From the IMG/VR virus record IMGVR_UViG_3300033143_001281, positions 16,271-80,270 of that record: 64,000 nucleotides of DNA; one strand, written 5' to 3'. Within the stretch, counting starts at the first letter, position 1; each line of letters starts with the position of its first letter. The notes under the pieces were generated by a model, which was given only the letters and a program-made list of their open reading frames with translations, was not told where the DNA came from and did no database searches. The stretch is from a virus. The translations under genes were made by a program, and so were the position numbers. Positions 63,043-64,000 of this stretch are shown piece after piece.

Positions 63043-64000
63043 ATGAGAAGGTATTTAATCCTGTTGGTTTTTTTCTTAGTTTCTTACACATCTAGCGCTC
63101 AAGGTTTCTTTGATTCTCTTTACAAAGATTTTTTAAAGTTTGGTACTATTTATGGAGCAGGTGATATAAGCAATTCCATAGAAGCAGCTGAGCCAACTTA
63201 TTTTGTTAGAACTAATCCTAATGGTAGTATATATGATATCCCTGTTGTGGAAGATAATACTCCTGATTACCCATTTGATTATAGAATAGGTTTTGGTATA
63301 CGTAAACTAGCTAGGTTTAACTATGAAAGAAAACCAAGAAACTTTTATGATGGTACTGAAACACAACTTGCTTTTACTGCACCAACATCAGCATTTCAAG
63401 GTTTAGAGTATCAACTCCATTATGAAAAAGAAAGATGGAGGGGTGAGTACTTTGATAATAATAGATACTTTGTAAAGCATACTGGTAAATATCATATAGT
63501 TAAAGCTGAGTCAAGAGAAGTAGGTAAAATTAATTTAAAGTATCAATCAGCAGAAGCAAGGTTGAGATTACCTATAGGTAAAAAGTTCTCTTTATCTGGA
63601 GGTGCAATCTTCAGAACTCATGACCGTGCTTATGGATATAATCCAATTGAGATCTGGTTAAATGAAACTGATGAAGATGGTTTTGCAGCTAATCCTTGGT
63701 ACACTTTAGGTTTTATATATGGATATGATGATATATTCTATACTGAAGAAGATGAAAATGGTAATGAAATAAATGATTGGTATTGGGTAGATCCAGATGG
63801 GAACAGAGTTGCAGATACAGATTTAGAATTTAGAGAAACAATCTTTAGAGATTTAATGAATAGATACAATAGAGAAGCATGGTCAACTCTAGATAGATTT
63901 GGTGAGATTGCTCCTATAGTAGGATTTGATTACTATCATTATAAAAACAATTTCTGGTTGCATGCCTATGCTAACTGGATTCTTCCTTATCATAAGTATA
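63043..64000 (+). CDS. Secreted / outer-membrane beta-barrel-like protein, 3'-truncated (absent from ORF track)
   Basis: Open frame to the window end: MRRYLILLVFFLVSYTSSA|QGFFDSLYKDFLKFGTIYGAG...DYRIGFGIRKL...RLRLPIGKKFSLSGGAIFR...PIVGFDYYHYKNNFWLHAYAN. Sec signal peptide plus alternating aromatic beta-strands. Confidence 0.72.
   Translation, partial: MRRYLILLVFFLVSYTSSAQGFFDSLYKDFLKFGTIYGAGDISNSIEAAEPTYFVRTNPNGSIYDIPVVEDNTPDYPFDYRIGFGIRKLARFNYERKPRNFYDGTETQLAFTAPTSAFQGLEYQLHYEKERWRGEYFDNNRYFVKHTGKYHIVKAESREVGKINLKYQSAEARLRLPIGKKFSLSGGAIFRTHDRAYGYNPIEIWLNETDEDGFAANPWYTLGFIYGYDDIFYTEEDENGNEINDWYWVDPDGNRVADTDLEFRETIFRDLMNRYNREAWSTLDRFGEIAPIVGFDYYHYKNNFWLHAYANWILPYHKY

Noticed and set aside
1-64000. 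Stop-codon reassignment (TAG/TGA), as in some Crassvirales
   Set aside because: Multi-kb ORFs read through under the standard code. The observed breaks are frame changes, not in-frame stops.
1-64000. tRNA or rRNA genes
   Set aside because: Intergenic gaps are short and AT-rich, and no cloverleaf or rRNA-like sequence was seen.

Overview
AT-rich, densely coding window whose credible genes all lie on the + strand. Gene order and motifs match the virion morphogenesis and virion-RNA-polymerase module of a crAss-like phage (Crassvirales, phi14:2-like). The host is most likely a Bacteroidota/Flavobacteriia member (no Shine-Dalgarno motifs, TAnnTTTG boxes, signal peptide followed by Gln). Order: 5'-truncated portal, acidic scaffold-like protein, major capsid protein, conserved capsid/tail-ring genes, two long tail fibres (one with YadA-like repeats and a peptidase S74 chaperone), Cys-rich FN3/vWA proteins, a metallophosphoesterase, an IHF-like protein, tail ring proteins, a muzzle/tail-stabilisation protein with an inserted vWA domain, and cargo/ejection proteins. 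These are followed by a ~14.3 kb virion RNAP gene (HExxH zincin and DFDID motif), a giant protein with a PD-(D/E)xK nuclease, and a 3'-truncated signal-peptide beta-barrel-like gene missing from the ORF track. Two signals stand out. (1) A NADAR domain sits inside the RNAP polyprotein between 23-bp direct repeats (PTQQ[T/A]SEV), which looks like a swappable anti-defence cassette. (2) The cargo proteins are strings of micro-modules separated by a recurring K/M-A-Q-x-G / KxGGE motif. Four indels (MCP ~4385, cargo 33704-33719 and ~36620, NADAR ~52120) break otherwise continuous genes and may be assembly errors. All family assignments come from motif recognition and synteny; no searches were run.
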